From a virus, in IMG/VR virus record IMGVR_UViG_3300014838_000016, positions 1 through 64,000 of that record: 64,000 bases of DNA; one strand, given 5' to 3'. Positions 18,776 to 27,947 of the stretch are shown one piece after another. The notes below the pieces were generated by a model that saw only the letters and a program-made list of their open reading frames with translations, searched no databases and was not told the DNA's origin. How positions within the stretch are numbered: position 1 is the stretch's first letter; each line of letters opens with the position of its first letter. The position numbers and the translations under genes were made by a program.

Positions 18776-20167
18776 ATGAACCTCATCGCCCAACGGCCTA
18801 ATTTTTGGAATGAAGTGGTAGGACAGCCACGTTCGATCCGGGTTCTCCAAGCCATCCTGAACAACAAGCACTTGATGCTCCGAGGATTCCTCTTCCATGG
18901 TTTCATTGGCGTTGGTAAGACTACAACATCCTACCTGTTGGCTCGTGCCCTCATGTGCAATGGCGATGATCCCCTCGGTTGTGGTAAGTGTGACTCCTGT
19001 CTCAGGATAGCGGAAACTGGAATTGATAGTCACTCCGACTTTAAGGAAATCGACGCCGCCCTGTATTCGGGAGTGGACAAAGCTCGCGAAATTATGGAAC
19101 TTTGGGGCACCCAAACTCCAAATTTCAGTAAACGTCGGGTCATAGTGATTGATGAGGCCCACCGCCTTAGCTCCGAGGCTTGGGATGTATTCCTCAAGCC
19201 ATTGGAACAAGGAAACTTTCGCACGAGCATCATCTTTGTGAGCAACAAGGTGGATACCATCGCGGGCACCATCAGGAGCCGCTGTACCCAGATTCCTTTC
19301 GAATTAGTTCACCACGATACCATCGTTGGTTTGCTGGCAAATGTCGCCAACCGTAACAACATCACCTACGAATTGGACGCCTTGCGGTTGATTGCCCGTC
19401 AATCCAAAGGTATCATCAGGGATGCGATCAACGTTCTCGGCTCCGCAGCCGCTCTCGGGTTGGTGAGTATTGAACATGTCAAGCTCATCCTCGATACGAG
19501 CCTCGAAGACGTATGCATCAAGCTCATGCTGGCTATCGCGGCGAAAAACCAAGCGACGGCGATTCAACTGGCGGATGAGGTCGGTAGGAAGGCCCGTCCA
19601 GCCAAAGTGATTGAGATGATGTTCAGTATCTACGGCAGGGCGGTATTCGCCGAATCCGACCCCGGCATCCTGCCAATCTACGTGGGACTGCCTGAAACGG
19701 GGGATGTCACCGCCCTGTTCATCAAATGGGCTACAACGCCCAACCTACCATCCAATATCATGCCTCTGGTAGCGTTTGAGCTTCTGAAGCTCCACGGCTC
19801 CCCAGCCGAGAGGAAAGCCCGCCAGCGGGCTCAGAAAGCGCAGGGCGGGGCATTGGGAAGCACGGCGGGCACAATCAAGGAGCTTTTGCGTGTCGCACCG
19901 CCTGAGGGCGTGGCAGCGGAAGACATCCCTCCGACTAAGCCGTCAGAGATGCCCGATGCCATCACGCCTCAAGTGGCAGCGCCCGAAGAGATCGCGGCGT
20001 TCCTGAGCGACGAACCTGAGGATGTGATGCTGGACGGTCCCGTGAAAGACATGGTGGAAGTGGCTGCCAAGGGCATCATTGTCGAAGAGAATGAACCCGT
20101 AGCCGCCGAGCGGCATGTCTTCGTGCCATCTGGCGATGCTGAGGGGTATGAAGATGAGCCAATGTGA
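18776..20167 (+). CDS. dnaX: DNA polymerase III clamp loader subunit gamma/tau
   Basis: RP..EVVGQ; Walker A GFIGVGKTT; Zn module C..CGKCDSC; EIDAA; IDEAH; SRC; RDA. Confidence 0.92.
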   Translation: MNLIAQRPNFWNEVVGQPRSIRVLQAILNNKHLMLRGFLFHGFIGVGKTTTSYLLARALMCNGDDPLGCGKCDSCLRIAETGIDSHSDFKEIDAALYSGVDKAREIMELWGTQTPNFSKRRVIVIDEAHRLSSEAWDVFLKPLEQGNFRTSIIFVSNKVDTIAGTIRSRCTQIPFELVHHDTIVGLLANVANRNNITYELDALRLIARQSKGIIRDAINVLGSAAALGLVSIEHVKLILDTSLEDVCIKLMLAIAAKNQATAIQLADEVGRKARPAKVIEMMFSIYGRAVFAESDPGILPIYVGLPETGDVTALFIKWATTPNLPSNIMPLVAFELLKLHGSPAERKARQRAQKAQGGALGSTAGTIKELLRVAPPEGVAAEDIPPTKPSEMPDAITPQVAAPEEIAAFLSDEPEDVMLDGPVKDMVEVAAKGIIVEENEPVAAERHVFVPSGDAEGYEDEPM

Positions 20168-20372
20168 CGATGACGAGGTAATGGCGCTTTCGTGCGAGAT
20201 CATCGACTCCCTGAATGGGTTTGTTGGGGACAAAATCACGCCTCAGTTGATAGAGACGGTCAGAGACATCTGCCTTTCCCGCCTGCGAGAACATGGCATC
20301 TTTGAATCCGAGGCACTCGACTCGGCTTTAGAGAAACTGGCGCAAAAGATGCGGCCTAAGTTTCCTCAATAA
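20154..20372 (+). CDS. hypothetical protein
   Basis: Packed ORF. Confidence 0.55.
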   Translation: MSQCDDDEVMALSCEIIDSLNGFVGDKITPQLIETVRDICLSRLREHGIFESEALDSALEKLAQKMRPKFPQ

Positions 20373-20424
20373 CCCAGTATTAGACATCAGGTCACCAAAA
20401 GTAAGACGGGACCTCAGGAGCAAC

Positions 20425-21414
20425 ATGTACACCCACATTCAAGGCACCAAACCCCTCCTTTCGGAGGAGGTTCTCTTCTCTCTTTGCGACAACTCTGATT
20501 TCGGCCAGTATGCCGTCACCCACCAAGCAATCCACGAATGGTTTTTAGCTACCCGCGAAGCGGGAGTTTTACGGCGACTCGTGGAGCACACTCAGCTAAA
20601 CGACCGTTACCCCATATTTGGACGAGTCGGGGATGTCTTTACCAAAAATACCATTGGGTTCAACTGGAACAAGGGAGACACCAAGAAGAAAAGGGTGACT
20701 ATCCCCGCTTTCGACATCGGCTGCCATCCAATCGTCCCGGCAAAATGGTTTCGCCAACGCAGGGTAGACGAGCTTCAAAAAGTTTTCCAAGAATCTGTGG
20801 ATGCCATGAACCTCGCGGAGTTGGAATACTTCTACTCGCTTCTCAAGACAGCCTCAGCTTACAGCGAATACTACCCCAAGATGGTTCTGGAGGGGGAGTT
20901 GACTTGCGACTATTTGAAGAGAGCGACCGCAGCTATGCCAATGATGGGCATCGAGCCCGCAGCGATTTTTATGCATAGCACGGACGTAGAGGCGACTCGC
21001 GTGGCCGTGGAACAAACGGGGATGCAATTGATTTCGCACTCGGGATCGGACTGGGATCGTTCTTTCTACATCTTCGGTAAGTCGGAAGACCTCGACTACT
21101 CTACGGCCCACATCATAGACAACACCTCTCAATTCCGAGTCAAAAATGCCCCCTACCCGCCCAACGAATGGAACGAGCCCGTGGGTCTGAAATTTGTAGA
21201 AAACGTGGGATTTTTGGTAGCTCGTGCGGGCGTTTTGAAGATCACTCGGAACCTAAAACCCGTAAAACCGCCCAAGCCGTCTCGTGTTCAAGCTTTTGTG
21301 GTCGGGGAAGCAGGCGAGATCGATACCGCCGTCCTCATAGAGGATGTTTTCTATCCTGTGGGTTGGGATGAGAAGACCAAACAGCACGCAGGTATGACCG
21401 TGAACAACGGTTAA
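20425..21414 (+). CDS. divergent major-capsid-like (HK97-fold) protein
   Basis: RVTIPAFDIGCHP....RQRR.D......AE..F..L and IFMH..D patterns recall large-phage MCPs; AGGAG RBS. Confidence 0.5.
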   Translation: MYTHIQGTKPLLSEEVLFSLCDNSDFGQYAVTHQAIHEWFLATREAGVLRRLVEHTQLNDRYPIFGRVGDVFTKNTIGFNWNKGDTKKKRVTIPAFDIGCHPIVPAKWFRQRRVDELQKVFQESVDAMNLAELEYFYSLLKTASAYSEYYPKMVLEGELTCDYLKRATAAMPMMGIEPAAIFMHSTDVEATRVAVEQTGMQLISHSGSDWDRSFYIFGKSEDLDYSTAHIIDNTSQFRVKNAPYPPNEWNEPVGLKFVENVGFLVARAGVLKITRNLKPVKPPKPSRVQAFVVGEAGEIDTAVLIEDVFYPVGWDEKTKQHAGMTVNNG

Positions 21415-21423
21415 TACAGCCCG

Positions 21424-21615
21424 CTACGACCTAATCGGCTCCAAGATTATCCGTATCCTAAACCCAGACAGTTCGATTACCCCCTCCGCAGCTTGGAGGG
21501 GGGTTTTCTTGCATTCAGGGCATTTCTTGGCAGGCCCGCCCAAGAAAGCGTGACCGACAGGACATGTGCGGGGCTTGACGCCGCTATTCTCTTTGCCCCA
21601 CTCTTTTCGATCCAT
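21424..21615 (-). CDS. small Zn-ribbon protein
   Basis: CPVGH...CPEC; TATATT 6 nt before ATG. Confidence 0.5.
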   Translation of the reverse strand: MDRKEWGKENSGVKPRTCPVGHAFLGGPAKKCPECKKTPLQAAEGVIELSGFRIRIILEPIRS

Positions 21616-21674
21616 CAACTCAATATATCTCAATTTTTATCGAAAATCAACTCAAAACCTCAGTATTACCTGTC

Positions 21675-22991
21675 ATGGTACTTGAATACGGCGATACCAA
21701 CAAATTAAAGGGTGTGCGGTGGTACATGGCTGAGTTGCGAAGCGACAAGACCGTGGAGCCGACCATGAAGCGACTGGGAAGAGAAGTCGGGGGCATATTC
21801 CGTGAGGAGCCCCTCGAAGTCTTCATCCCCGTCCAAAGACGTGACCTCGATGTCTTCGAACTCGGCACAGTGCAGTACGTGTTCGTTCGCAGCACCAGCT
21901 TCCCCGCCCTGTTACGTCTCAAACAGATCACGGGCATTTGCGGTCTGGTGACCGAGGGCGATTGCAACCGTCCATCCAAAGCCATCTTTGTAGACGACTC
22001 CTACGTTCAAAGCCTCATCTCCCTAGCCGAAGAAGAGCATCGGCAGCGAGCGATAGGGATCGAGGTCGGTAGCTTTGTCCGCATCCTGAATGGCGAGTGC
22101 CGCGATTTCTGTGGCGTTGTGGAGGTCATCGGCGATGGTTCAGCGATGGTCCGTATCACCCTCCGCACCAAGTACATTCTGCAAGAAACCCCGATCCGCA
22201 ACCTCTTGAATCAGCCTAACGTCCCCGAGAACCGCAAGGTCTATTACTATGGCCCGATGGTGGATGCCCTTTTCGATGAACTGGGTGAGGAGATCGCGTC
22301 GGCGTTGATCGCAGAGGATTTGCATCTGGACGAGACCATGCCCACGGTCGAGGTATTGGAAGAGCAGGCTAAAGAGCCGAAGCGTCACTCGCGCCAACGC
22401 ACGGTGACCGCCCTCGTCAAAAAGCTCGTGCTGATCGAGGGTAAGCACAATCCGCTGGAGATCGCCAAGGTTGTGATGCAGAACCTCAAATCAGGGGAGA
22501 TCAAGGCCCCGAAGAACCTGTTCATCATCTACTGCATCATCAAAGATCGGTTGATGAAGGACTACTTCAAGAAGCAGGACCCCGAGCTTAACACCTATCG
22601 CGACGTGATCCACAAGCACGGCAAGGAATTCAAGTTTTCTGCCAATCAAATCGCTAAATTGGATACTGAGTGCAAAATCCCAGTATTAACCCAAGAAGTC
22701 TGCAAAGACGGGCGTTCAAAAGAGGCCCGCAAAGGCAAGGACATTAAAGAGGTCGCCGCGACTGAGGTCAAGGTCGTCGAAAAGAAAACCCGAGGCCCGA
22801 AGAAGCGTAAGAAGTTGGGCACCGATACGTGCAACACCTGCTACCACACACGATCAGAGCATAAGGTCACCTCGAAGGGTAGCTGGGGTCGGTGCGGTGG
22901 GACCAGCAACCACAAGATTCATTCATGGGTTGCCAAGAACTACTCAGGCCCATGCACCTGCGTTCGGTTTAAGGAGCGGGCAACGAAGTAA
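21675..22991 (+). CDS. NusG/RfaH-family transcription factor with a long C-terminal extension
   Basis: NGN domain WY....EVFIP..YVFV..GICGLV; KOW motif EVGSFVRILNGECRDFCGVV; ~270 extra aa ending in a Cys/His cluster. Confidence 0.85.
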   Translation: MVLEYGDTNKLKGVRWYMAELRSDKTVEPTMKRLGREVGGIFREEPLEVFIPVQRRDLDVFELGTVQYVFVRSTSFPALLRLKQITGICGLVTEGDCNRPSKAIFVDDSYVQSLISLAEEEHRQRAIGIEVGSFVRILNGECRDFCGVVEVIGDGSAMVRITLRTKYILQETPIRNLLNQPNVPENRKVYYYGPMVDALFDELGEEIASALIAEDLHLDETMPTVEVLEEQAKEPKRHSRQRTVTALVKKLVLIEGKHNPLEIAKVVMQNLKSGEIKAPKNLFIIYCIIKDRLMKDYFKKQDPELNTYRDVIHKHGKEFKFSANQIAKLDTECKIPVLTQEVCKDGRSKEARKGKDIKEVAATEVKVVEKKTRGPKKRKKLGTDTCNTCYHTRSEHKVTSKGSWGRCGGTSNHKIHSWVAKNYSGPCTCVRFKERATK

Positions 22992-23028
22992 AACTGCTTT
23001 GAAAAACTAGTATTGAGAGGTAAAACCC

Positions 23029-23814
23029 ATGGCAACAGCAATATCACCAACCACAGGCGGGGAAATCGGAAAGATTCGCACGTTTTTGCTTGACCACGAG
23101 AAGCTTCTCATCGTCTTGATCGCCGCCGTTGTCCTATGGTGGGGCTACGGGAAGTACGCACAGATTCGCCTCGACCACGATAACGCCGCCCTACAGCAAC
23201 AGAAGCTCGTTGTCGCCGCGCAGGTACAGCAGAACGCGGCTCTGGCGGTACAGGCCCAGAAGGATGCGGTTCAAGCCGCTCAAGACAAAGCGGCACTTCA
23301 GGCGCTTTCCGACAAGATAGCCGCACAGAACCAGCAGCTTGTGGCGGCGAACACTGCTTTGGCTACCGCCCTGACGAAGCAACAGCACACGGATGCTTCG
23401 CTTCCTGTTCCTGATCTCGTCAACCGTTGGGCGCAACTAGCTCCCGGCACAAACTTCACTGGTGCTATCGGGTCTGGCAACAACGTCGCCGTCACGCCGT
23501 CAAACGCTCTCGCCACGGTTCAACAGTTGGAGAAAGTTCCAGTTCTAACACAGCAGCTTGCCAACGAGACGACTTTAAAGACGAATGACGATCAGTTGAT
23601 CGTTTCCCAGAACAAGAGCATCTTCGACCTCAACACGGAAGTGGGTGGATTGAATGCTTCGCTTGTGGGAGCGTTCAAACTAGACACAGATCATCAGGCT
23701 CAGTGCGTGGATCAAATCAAGGTCGTGAAGGATGAAGCTCGCAAATCGAAGCGTCGTTGGTTCACGGCGGGCTTCATACTCGGGTTCATCGCGGAACACG
23801 CCTTGAAACTGTAA
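23029..23814 (+). CDS. membrane-anchored coiled-coil protein (possibly spanin-like)
   Basis: N-terminal TM, Gln/Ala coiled coils, C-terminal KRRWFTAGFILGFIA. Confidence 0.55.
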   Translation: MATAISPTTGGEIGKIRTFLLDHEKLLIVLIAAVVLWWGYGKYAQIRLDHDNAALQQQKLVVAAQVQQNAALAVQAQKDAVQAAQDKAALQALSDKIAAQNQQLVAANTALATALTKQQHTDASLPVPDLVNRWAQLAPGTNFTGAIGSGNNVAVTPSNALATVQQLEKVPVLTQQLANETTLKTNDDQLIVSQNKSIFDLNTEVGGLNASLVGAFKLDTDHQAQCVDQIKVVKDEARKSKRRWFTAGFILGFIAEHALKL

Positions 23815-23871
23815 AAATAATCCCTAGTTTTTCGTAAAATCTGGTATTAGGTAATGAGGAGAGCAACAACC

Positions 23872-24246
23872 ATGAAAATCGTATTTCTATTCGACCAAAC
23901 CGACGCCGATGGGAAAGTTGTAGCAACTGAAACCATTCCCTTCGTCACAACGCCCGACAAGCTTAACCTGCGGCAGCTTCAGCCCGGGGTATCGTCTCTT
24001 GGGGTGCTTTTCGAGCAGAAGGATGAGAAGGGCGAGAACCAGCAATATTTCCGCCAGATCATCAATTTCCCCATCGATTTGAAGAAGCCCGAACCCCCCG
24101 TGGTAGCTGCGGTCGGCACCGATGCCCAAGCTCCAGCGGCAACACCTGCGGCAGAGGCTCCAGCAACGCCGACCAACGGCGCGGCCACGGAAGTGACCAA
24201 GCCAGTGGTCAAGAAGGCGAAGAAGAGCGCGAAAGTCACACAGTAA
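23872..24246 (+). CDS. hypothetical protein with Ala/Pro/Lys tail
   Basis: GAGGAG RBS. Confidence 0.7.
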   Translation: MKIVFLFDQTDADGKVVATETIPFVTTPDKLNLRQLQPGVSSLGVLFEQKDEKGENQQYFRQIINFPIDLKKPEPPVVAAVGTDAQAPAATPAAEAPATPTNGAATEVTKPVVKKAKKSAKVTQ

Positions 24247-24458
24247 TGAAGCTGGAATTCTGTCCAACCATCGGGGAACGGCTCTACTACCTTGGCGATG
24301 CCGAGGACGAGAACGCCCCGATGTTGGAGCTTCGGTTTCAAAACGAATTTGCGACGGCTTTGACTGGCGATAGAAAGCGTGAAATTGCCAGAAAAACACT
24401 GAATTTCGCACTCACTCTGATGGATCAATCCTCGGTGGACATCGCTACGGAACTGTAA
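24246..24458 (+). CDS. hypothetical protein
   Basis: TAATG coupling. Confidence 0.65.
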   Translation: MKLEFCPTIGERLYYLGDAEDENAPMLELRFQNEFATALTGDRKREIARKTLNFALTLMDQSSVDIATEL

Positions 24459-24472
24459 GAGTAGGGACACTT

Positions 24473-25126
24473 ATGAAGGTCGAAAAAACAAACGTACATC
24501 GGCTAAGCGTGGAGCGTGAATGCGGCTGTCGAGCAGTAAGAGAGTTTTCTGACCCGCAATACAAAGACGCCATCGCCGAAGCCGTCTACTCGCCTTGCAA
24601 GAAACACAAGGCGAACAAAGACCTCGCCGACATGATGACGATGATTATGGTTGAGGACGTGAACCGTGAAGCCGAGACACAATCGGCTGTGCCCGTTCAT
24701 TTGCACCCCATCCCCGTCGCCACTACGACGACCCTTGACGGCTCGTCTGGTGAAACCGTCACCAGTATACCCATCAGCCGTCCGCGACCTCGTGTACAAA
24801 TCGCTGCCGCAGGGGGCAATGGTGGTGGAGCCCAAGCTCCGCAGAACGGTCCACGTCGTGACCCAACGCAAGTTCGCACCATCAACCGTGACCATAATGT
24901 CGGTCGCCGTGCGGCTGTAACGGGCAGGACGCCTGTCACGGGGGTTACTGTTACGAATCCCGCAGGTCCACGTCGGCCTAACACAGTTCAAGTAGGTGAA
25001 ATCGAACTCGAAACTCCGGGTATGGACATCCTCGATATGGACGGTGTTGCAGAAGACCCACGTGTAACACGTCTCACAGAAGATGCCCTTCTGCCAGACC
25101 TCGAAGACGATCCAAGTCAGGCATAA
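24473..25126 (+). CDS. hypothetical protein with CGC/CKKH N-domain and disordered tail
   Basis: ORF with RBS. Confidence 0.7.
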   Translation: MKVEKTNVHRLSVERECGCRAVREFSDPQYKDAIAEAVYSPCKKHKANKDLADMMTMIMVEDVNREAETQSAVPVHLHPIPVATTTTLDGSSGETVTSIPISRPRPRVQIAAAGGNGGGAQAPQNGPRRDPTQVRTINRDHNVGRRAAVTGRTPVTGVTVTNPAGPRRPNTVQVGEIELETPGMDILDMDGVAEDPRVTRLTEDALLPDLEDDPSQA

Positions 25127-25133
25127 GGACACC

Positions 25134-25520
25134 ATGCAAACCAACAAGAAATCAATCCGCAAAGACAAGGACGTAAAGCATTCTTCGAACTACGTCAACC
25201 TCATCTTCGTTATCGCCCCCGACATCCCAACCTCGGAAGTCACGGCCTTGGAATGTCATTACGCGGAAGCACTCAACGATTCGAGATATACCGTCGTCAC
25301 GAACTACGATGTCGCTACGGTGAATATGTGTTGGGATCGAAAAATTGAGTTCCTTTCAATCAACGCCCCCGGCATCCCAACTTCGGAAGTGAAGATGTTG
25401 AAAAAGAAAGTCAAGCGTGCAATCGCACTCGCACACAAGACAAAGAGACCAGCCTTCGTCGTCACGAATTACAATCTCGCACTTGAGACTCGCCCATCCA
25501 ACGGCGTAGTCGTTAATTAA
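25134..25520 (+). CDS. protein with two internal ~45 aa repeats
   Basis: APDIPTSEV..VVTNY and APGIPTSEV..VVTNY; AAGGA RBS. Confidence 0.7.
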   Translation: MQTNKKSIRKDKDVKHSSNYVNLIFVIAPDIPTSEVTALECHYAEALNDSRYTVVTNYDVATVNMCWDRKIEFLSINAPGIPTSEVKMLKKKVKRAIALAHKTKRPAFVVTNYNLALETRPSNGVVVN

Positions 25521-25528
25521 GGAGCACC

Positions 25529-26056
25529 ATGGCAACATCAATCGTTCCACAGGCAGTCCCCGCAGTTGTCGTGAAGAACCCTGACGGCACATACTCCGTC
25601 CGCGTCCAGCACACGCTGGAAGGCAACGTCACTGAAGTTCAGTTCCACAATCATGTTTTCGGCGAGGCATTGGCTAAGGCTTATGCCGCTTTTCTGAATG
25701 GCGAAGCGAAGGTTGAAGCTGAGATCGAAAAGGTTCTTCCGAAGGCAAAGACCGACGTAGCCGATGCTAAGGCCGAAGCCAAAAAGATCATCGCTGACGC
25801 CGAAGCTGAGGCTCAGAAGATCGTTGACGATACCAAAGCGCAGGTCAAGAAGCTCGTCGCCGACGCGAAGACGGAAGCTCAGGTTTGGATTGACGCCACC
25901 ATCGCCGACGCCGCAGTTGTGGCCGATGGGATCAAAGCCGATGCGAAAGCCGAAGCCGCGAAGCTTGTCGCCGATGCCAAGGCAGTCGTGCCCGCTATCG
26001 AAGCCGACGCAAAGGAAGTTGTTGCTGACGTAAAGGCTGAAGTCGAGAAGCTGTAA
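25529..26056 (+). CDS. Ala/Lys/Asp-rich 11-mer-repeat helical protein
   Basis: ADAKAEAKKII-type repeats; AAGGAG RBS. Confidence 0.8.
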   Translation: MATSIVPQAVPAVVVKNPDGTYSVRVQHTLEGNVTEVQFHNHVFGEALAKAYAAFLNGEAKVEAEIEKVLPKAKTDVADAKAEAKKIIADAEAEAQKIVDDTKAQVKKLVADAKTEAQVWIDATIADAAVVADGIKADAKAEAAKLVADAKAVVPAIEADAKEVVADVKAEVEKL

Positions 26057-26262
26057 TGGCGGACGATCTTCCAGAGAGCACTTGTCATTTCAACGAAGAG
26101 TACCCCGTCGATCTCTACGACAAACCCATCGACCTGCGTCCTGTCCCGAAGGACGCCACACCCGAACAAATCCGTGAAGCTGCCATCCATGAATGCATTG
26201 ATTTTCTTCGGCAGAACTGTGATTATTTCGGTGTCACCCTCCTGAACGACCATCTTGGCTAA
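26056..26262 (+). CDS. hypothetical protein, paralog of the C-terminal half of 52705..53010
   Basis: DLYDKPIDLRPVPKD..QNCDYFGV. Confidence 0.75.
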   Translation: MADDLPESTCHFNEEYPVDLYDKPIDLRPVPKDATPEQIREAAIHECIDFLRQNCDYFGVTLLNDHLG

Positions 26263-26298
26263 ACTTGGGGTTTTCTGGTATCTTTAGGTAGGGACCCC

Positions 26299-26697
26299 AT
26301 GAAGAAGACCAAGAAAATCCTCGAAGCCCACGCTAAAGCAGCCGCCGAAGAGCGGTACAGCATTGTGCTGAACAAAGAAGCTCGCCGCGAGATCGTTCAG
26401 AAAATCCAGACAGGGGAAGCCGACTTCGTATCCCGCACATCCAATAACCGCACACTCTGGAAGGTAGATCACCACGAAACGAGCCTGAACGTTGTTTACG
26501 ACAAGGCACGTCACGCGCTCGCCACAGTGCTGCCGCAGAATGCTTGGGAGTTCCAAACACCGCAGGCGGAAGTCAGTTGCAGTGTCACACCATCCACCAC
26601 TACACCAACCACGCAGCCGACATCAAGTGGCTGCATTGAATGCCCCGATAACCCATGCTCTTGCCCGGGTAATTGGAGCGACTGGAGCGACAAATAA
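26299..26697 (+). CDS. hypothetical protein (HAK..EERY motif, Cys-rich tail)
   Basis: ORF with RBS. Confidence 0.7.
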   Translation: MKKTKKILEAHAKAAAEERYSIVLNKEARREIVQKIQTGEADFVSRTSNNRTLWKVDHHETSLNVVYDKARHALATVLPQNAWEFQTPQAEVSCSVTPSTTTPTTQPTSSGCIECPDNPCSCPGNWSDWSDK

Positions 26698-26891
26698 TGT
26701 GGGTCGATAGATTAGGACAACGCCGACACGAAGACGAAGACTACGACTCCGTAGAAGCGGACATCAAGAGAAGGTACGCACCTGAGCCATCCGTGTACTG
26801 CACCAAATGCCATCTGCCGATAGCCGCCAAGTGGGGTATCACGCAACACAAAGTGTGCCCCGAAACAACGTCGAATCAGGACGGGCGATGA
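26697..26891 (+). CDS. small Cys/His protein
   Basis: CTKC..H..CP; coupled start. Confidence 0.6.
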   Translation: MWVDRLGQRRHEDEDYDSVEADIKRRYAPEPSVYCTKCHLPIAAKWGITQHKVCPETTSNQDGR

Positions 26892-27157
26892 AAAAGTTGA
26901 AGCTGCTGATTCGTAAGAACCTCAAGATGAGTGCGAACAAAATAGGTGGGCAGTGCGCCCATGCCGCCATCGGTCTGTACAAGAAAGACCCGCAAGAGCA
27001 CCACAAGTGCATCGTACTGGACGCCAGCGACAAGAAGTTCGATGAGGCTAAGGCCGCTCGCAATCCCTCGAAATACTACATCGTGGTGGACGCCGGTTAC
27101 ACCGAGGTTCCCGCAGGCAGCGAGACCGTCATGGCTTGGTGGGAAGACGATATTTAG
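26888..27157 (+). CDS. peptidyl-tRNA hydrolase, PTH2 family (minimal)
   Basis: IRKNLKMS.KIGGQCAHAA; KCIVL; VDAGYTEVPAGSETV. Confidence 0.88.
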   Translation: MKKLKLLIRKNLKMSANKIGGQCAHAAIGLYKKDPQEHHKCIVLDASDKKFDEAKAARNPSKYYIVVDAGYTEVPAGSETVMAWWEDDI

Positions 27158-27426
27158 TAGGGGATGCTCCAGTCGATCATACAGGGAGCAGGTGTGTCGG
27201 CTCCATCCAGTTTCCGCAGGAGCCCGATATGCCACTGCAAGAAGGCGTTGAGTTCTTCGAGGCTCGTGAACCATGGCGTCATGACGAAGCTGACTTCATC
27301 GGTGCGGGAACCGAGGGCGACCGTGGGTCTGTAGCGAACGTCCCAATTGATCCTGTCGGCAATGGGCTCGATGTCGCACAGGATTTCTACGTCGAATAGG
27401 TTGCAAACTTCATCGATGAATCGCAT
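27154..27426 (-). CDS. hypothetical protein
   Basis: Part of a minus-strand mini-operon. Confidence 0.55.
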   Translation of the reverse strand: MRFIDEVCNLFDVEILCDIEPIADRINWDVRYRPTVALGSRTDEVSFVMTPWFTSLEELNAFLQWHIGLLRKLDGADTPAPCMIDWSIPY

Positions 27427-27427
27427 C

Positions 27428-27577
27428 TCACCACGCCCTTTCGTAGGCCACTATCGCCATCACTAGCCACATTCCCTGCGTGCCCGCCTGTAGGTTAATC
27501 AGGCGAGATACGAGACACGCCGCCATCGCCAACGTTCCGACCCACCACATCAGATCGTTCTTAACAGGAGGAATCAT
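27428..27577 (-). CDS. small membrane protein, 49 aa
   Basis: Manual translation MIPPVKNDLMWWVGTLAMAACLV.. Confidence 0.5.
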   Translation of the reverse strand: MIPPVKNDLMWWVGTLAMAACLVSRLINLQAGTQGMWLVMAIVAYERAW

Positions 27578-27589
27578 GGTTCTTTCCAG

Positions 27590-27916
27590 TTACTTCGCGT
27601 ACTGTGACATCCCGAGGTCTTGCACGGCCCTGCGCGGAATCTGCAACTCGGGGTGGTCGAGATAACGAGTTCCAGCAATCACCAGCATCGCCGTGAAGCG
27701 GTCGCTAACCTTGCGTTTGCCGCCCATCTTCGCCTCAGCTTCCATCATCAACTCGCTCATTTCCACGCCCTTGAAGTAGGGCAGGTTGTTCAACGCCATC
27801 TTTACCCTGTCGGAGATATGCGGTGCGAGTTGAAGCGTCCCGCCCGCCGCAAACGGCATCCTGTCTTCGGGGGTAACACTACCACTGCTAGCGAATTCCA
27901 TTCCATTGTATGTCAT
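27590..27916 (-). CDS. hypothetical protein
   Basis: AGGAG RBS. Confidence 0.7.
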   Translation of the reverse strand: MTYNGMEFASSGSVTPEDRMPFAAGGTLQLAPHISDRVKMALNNLPYFKGVEMSELMMEAEAKMGGKRKVSDRFTAMLVIAGTRYLDHPELQIPRRAVQDLGMSQYAK

Positions 27917-27947
27917 AGTAATCTCCTGTACTGAATTTTGTGATCGA

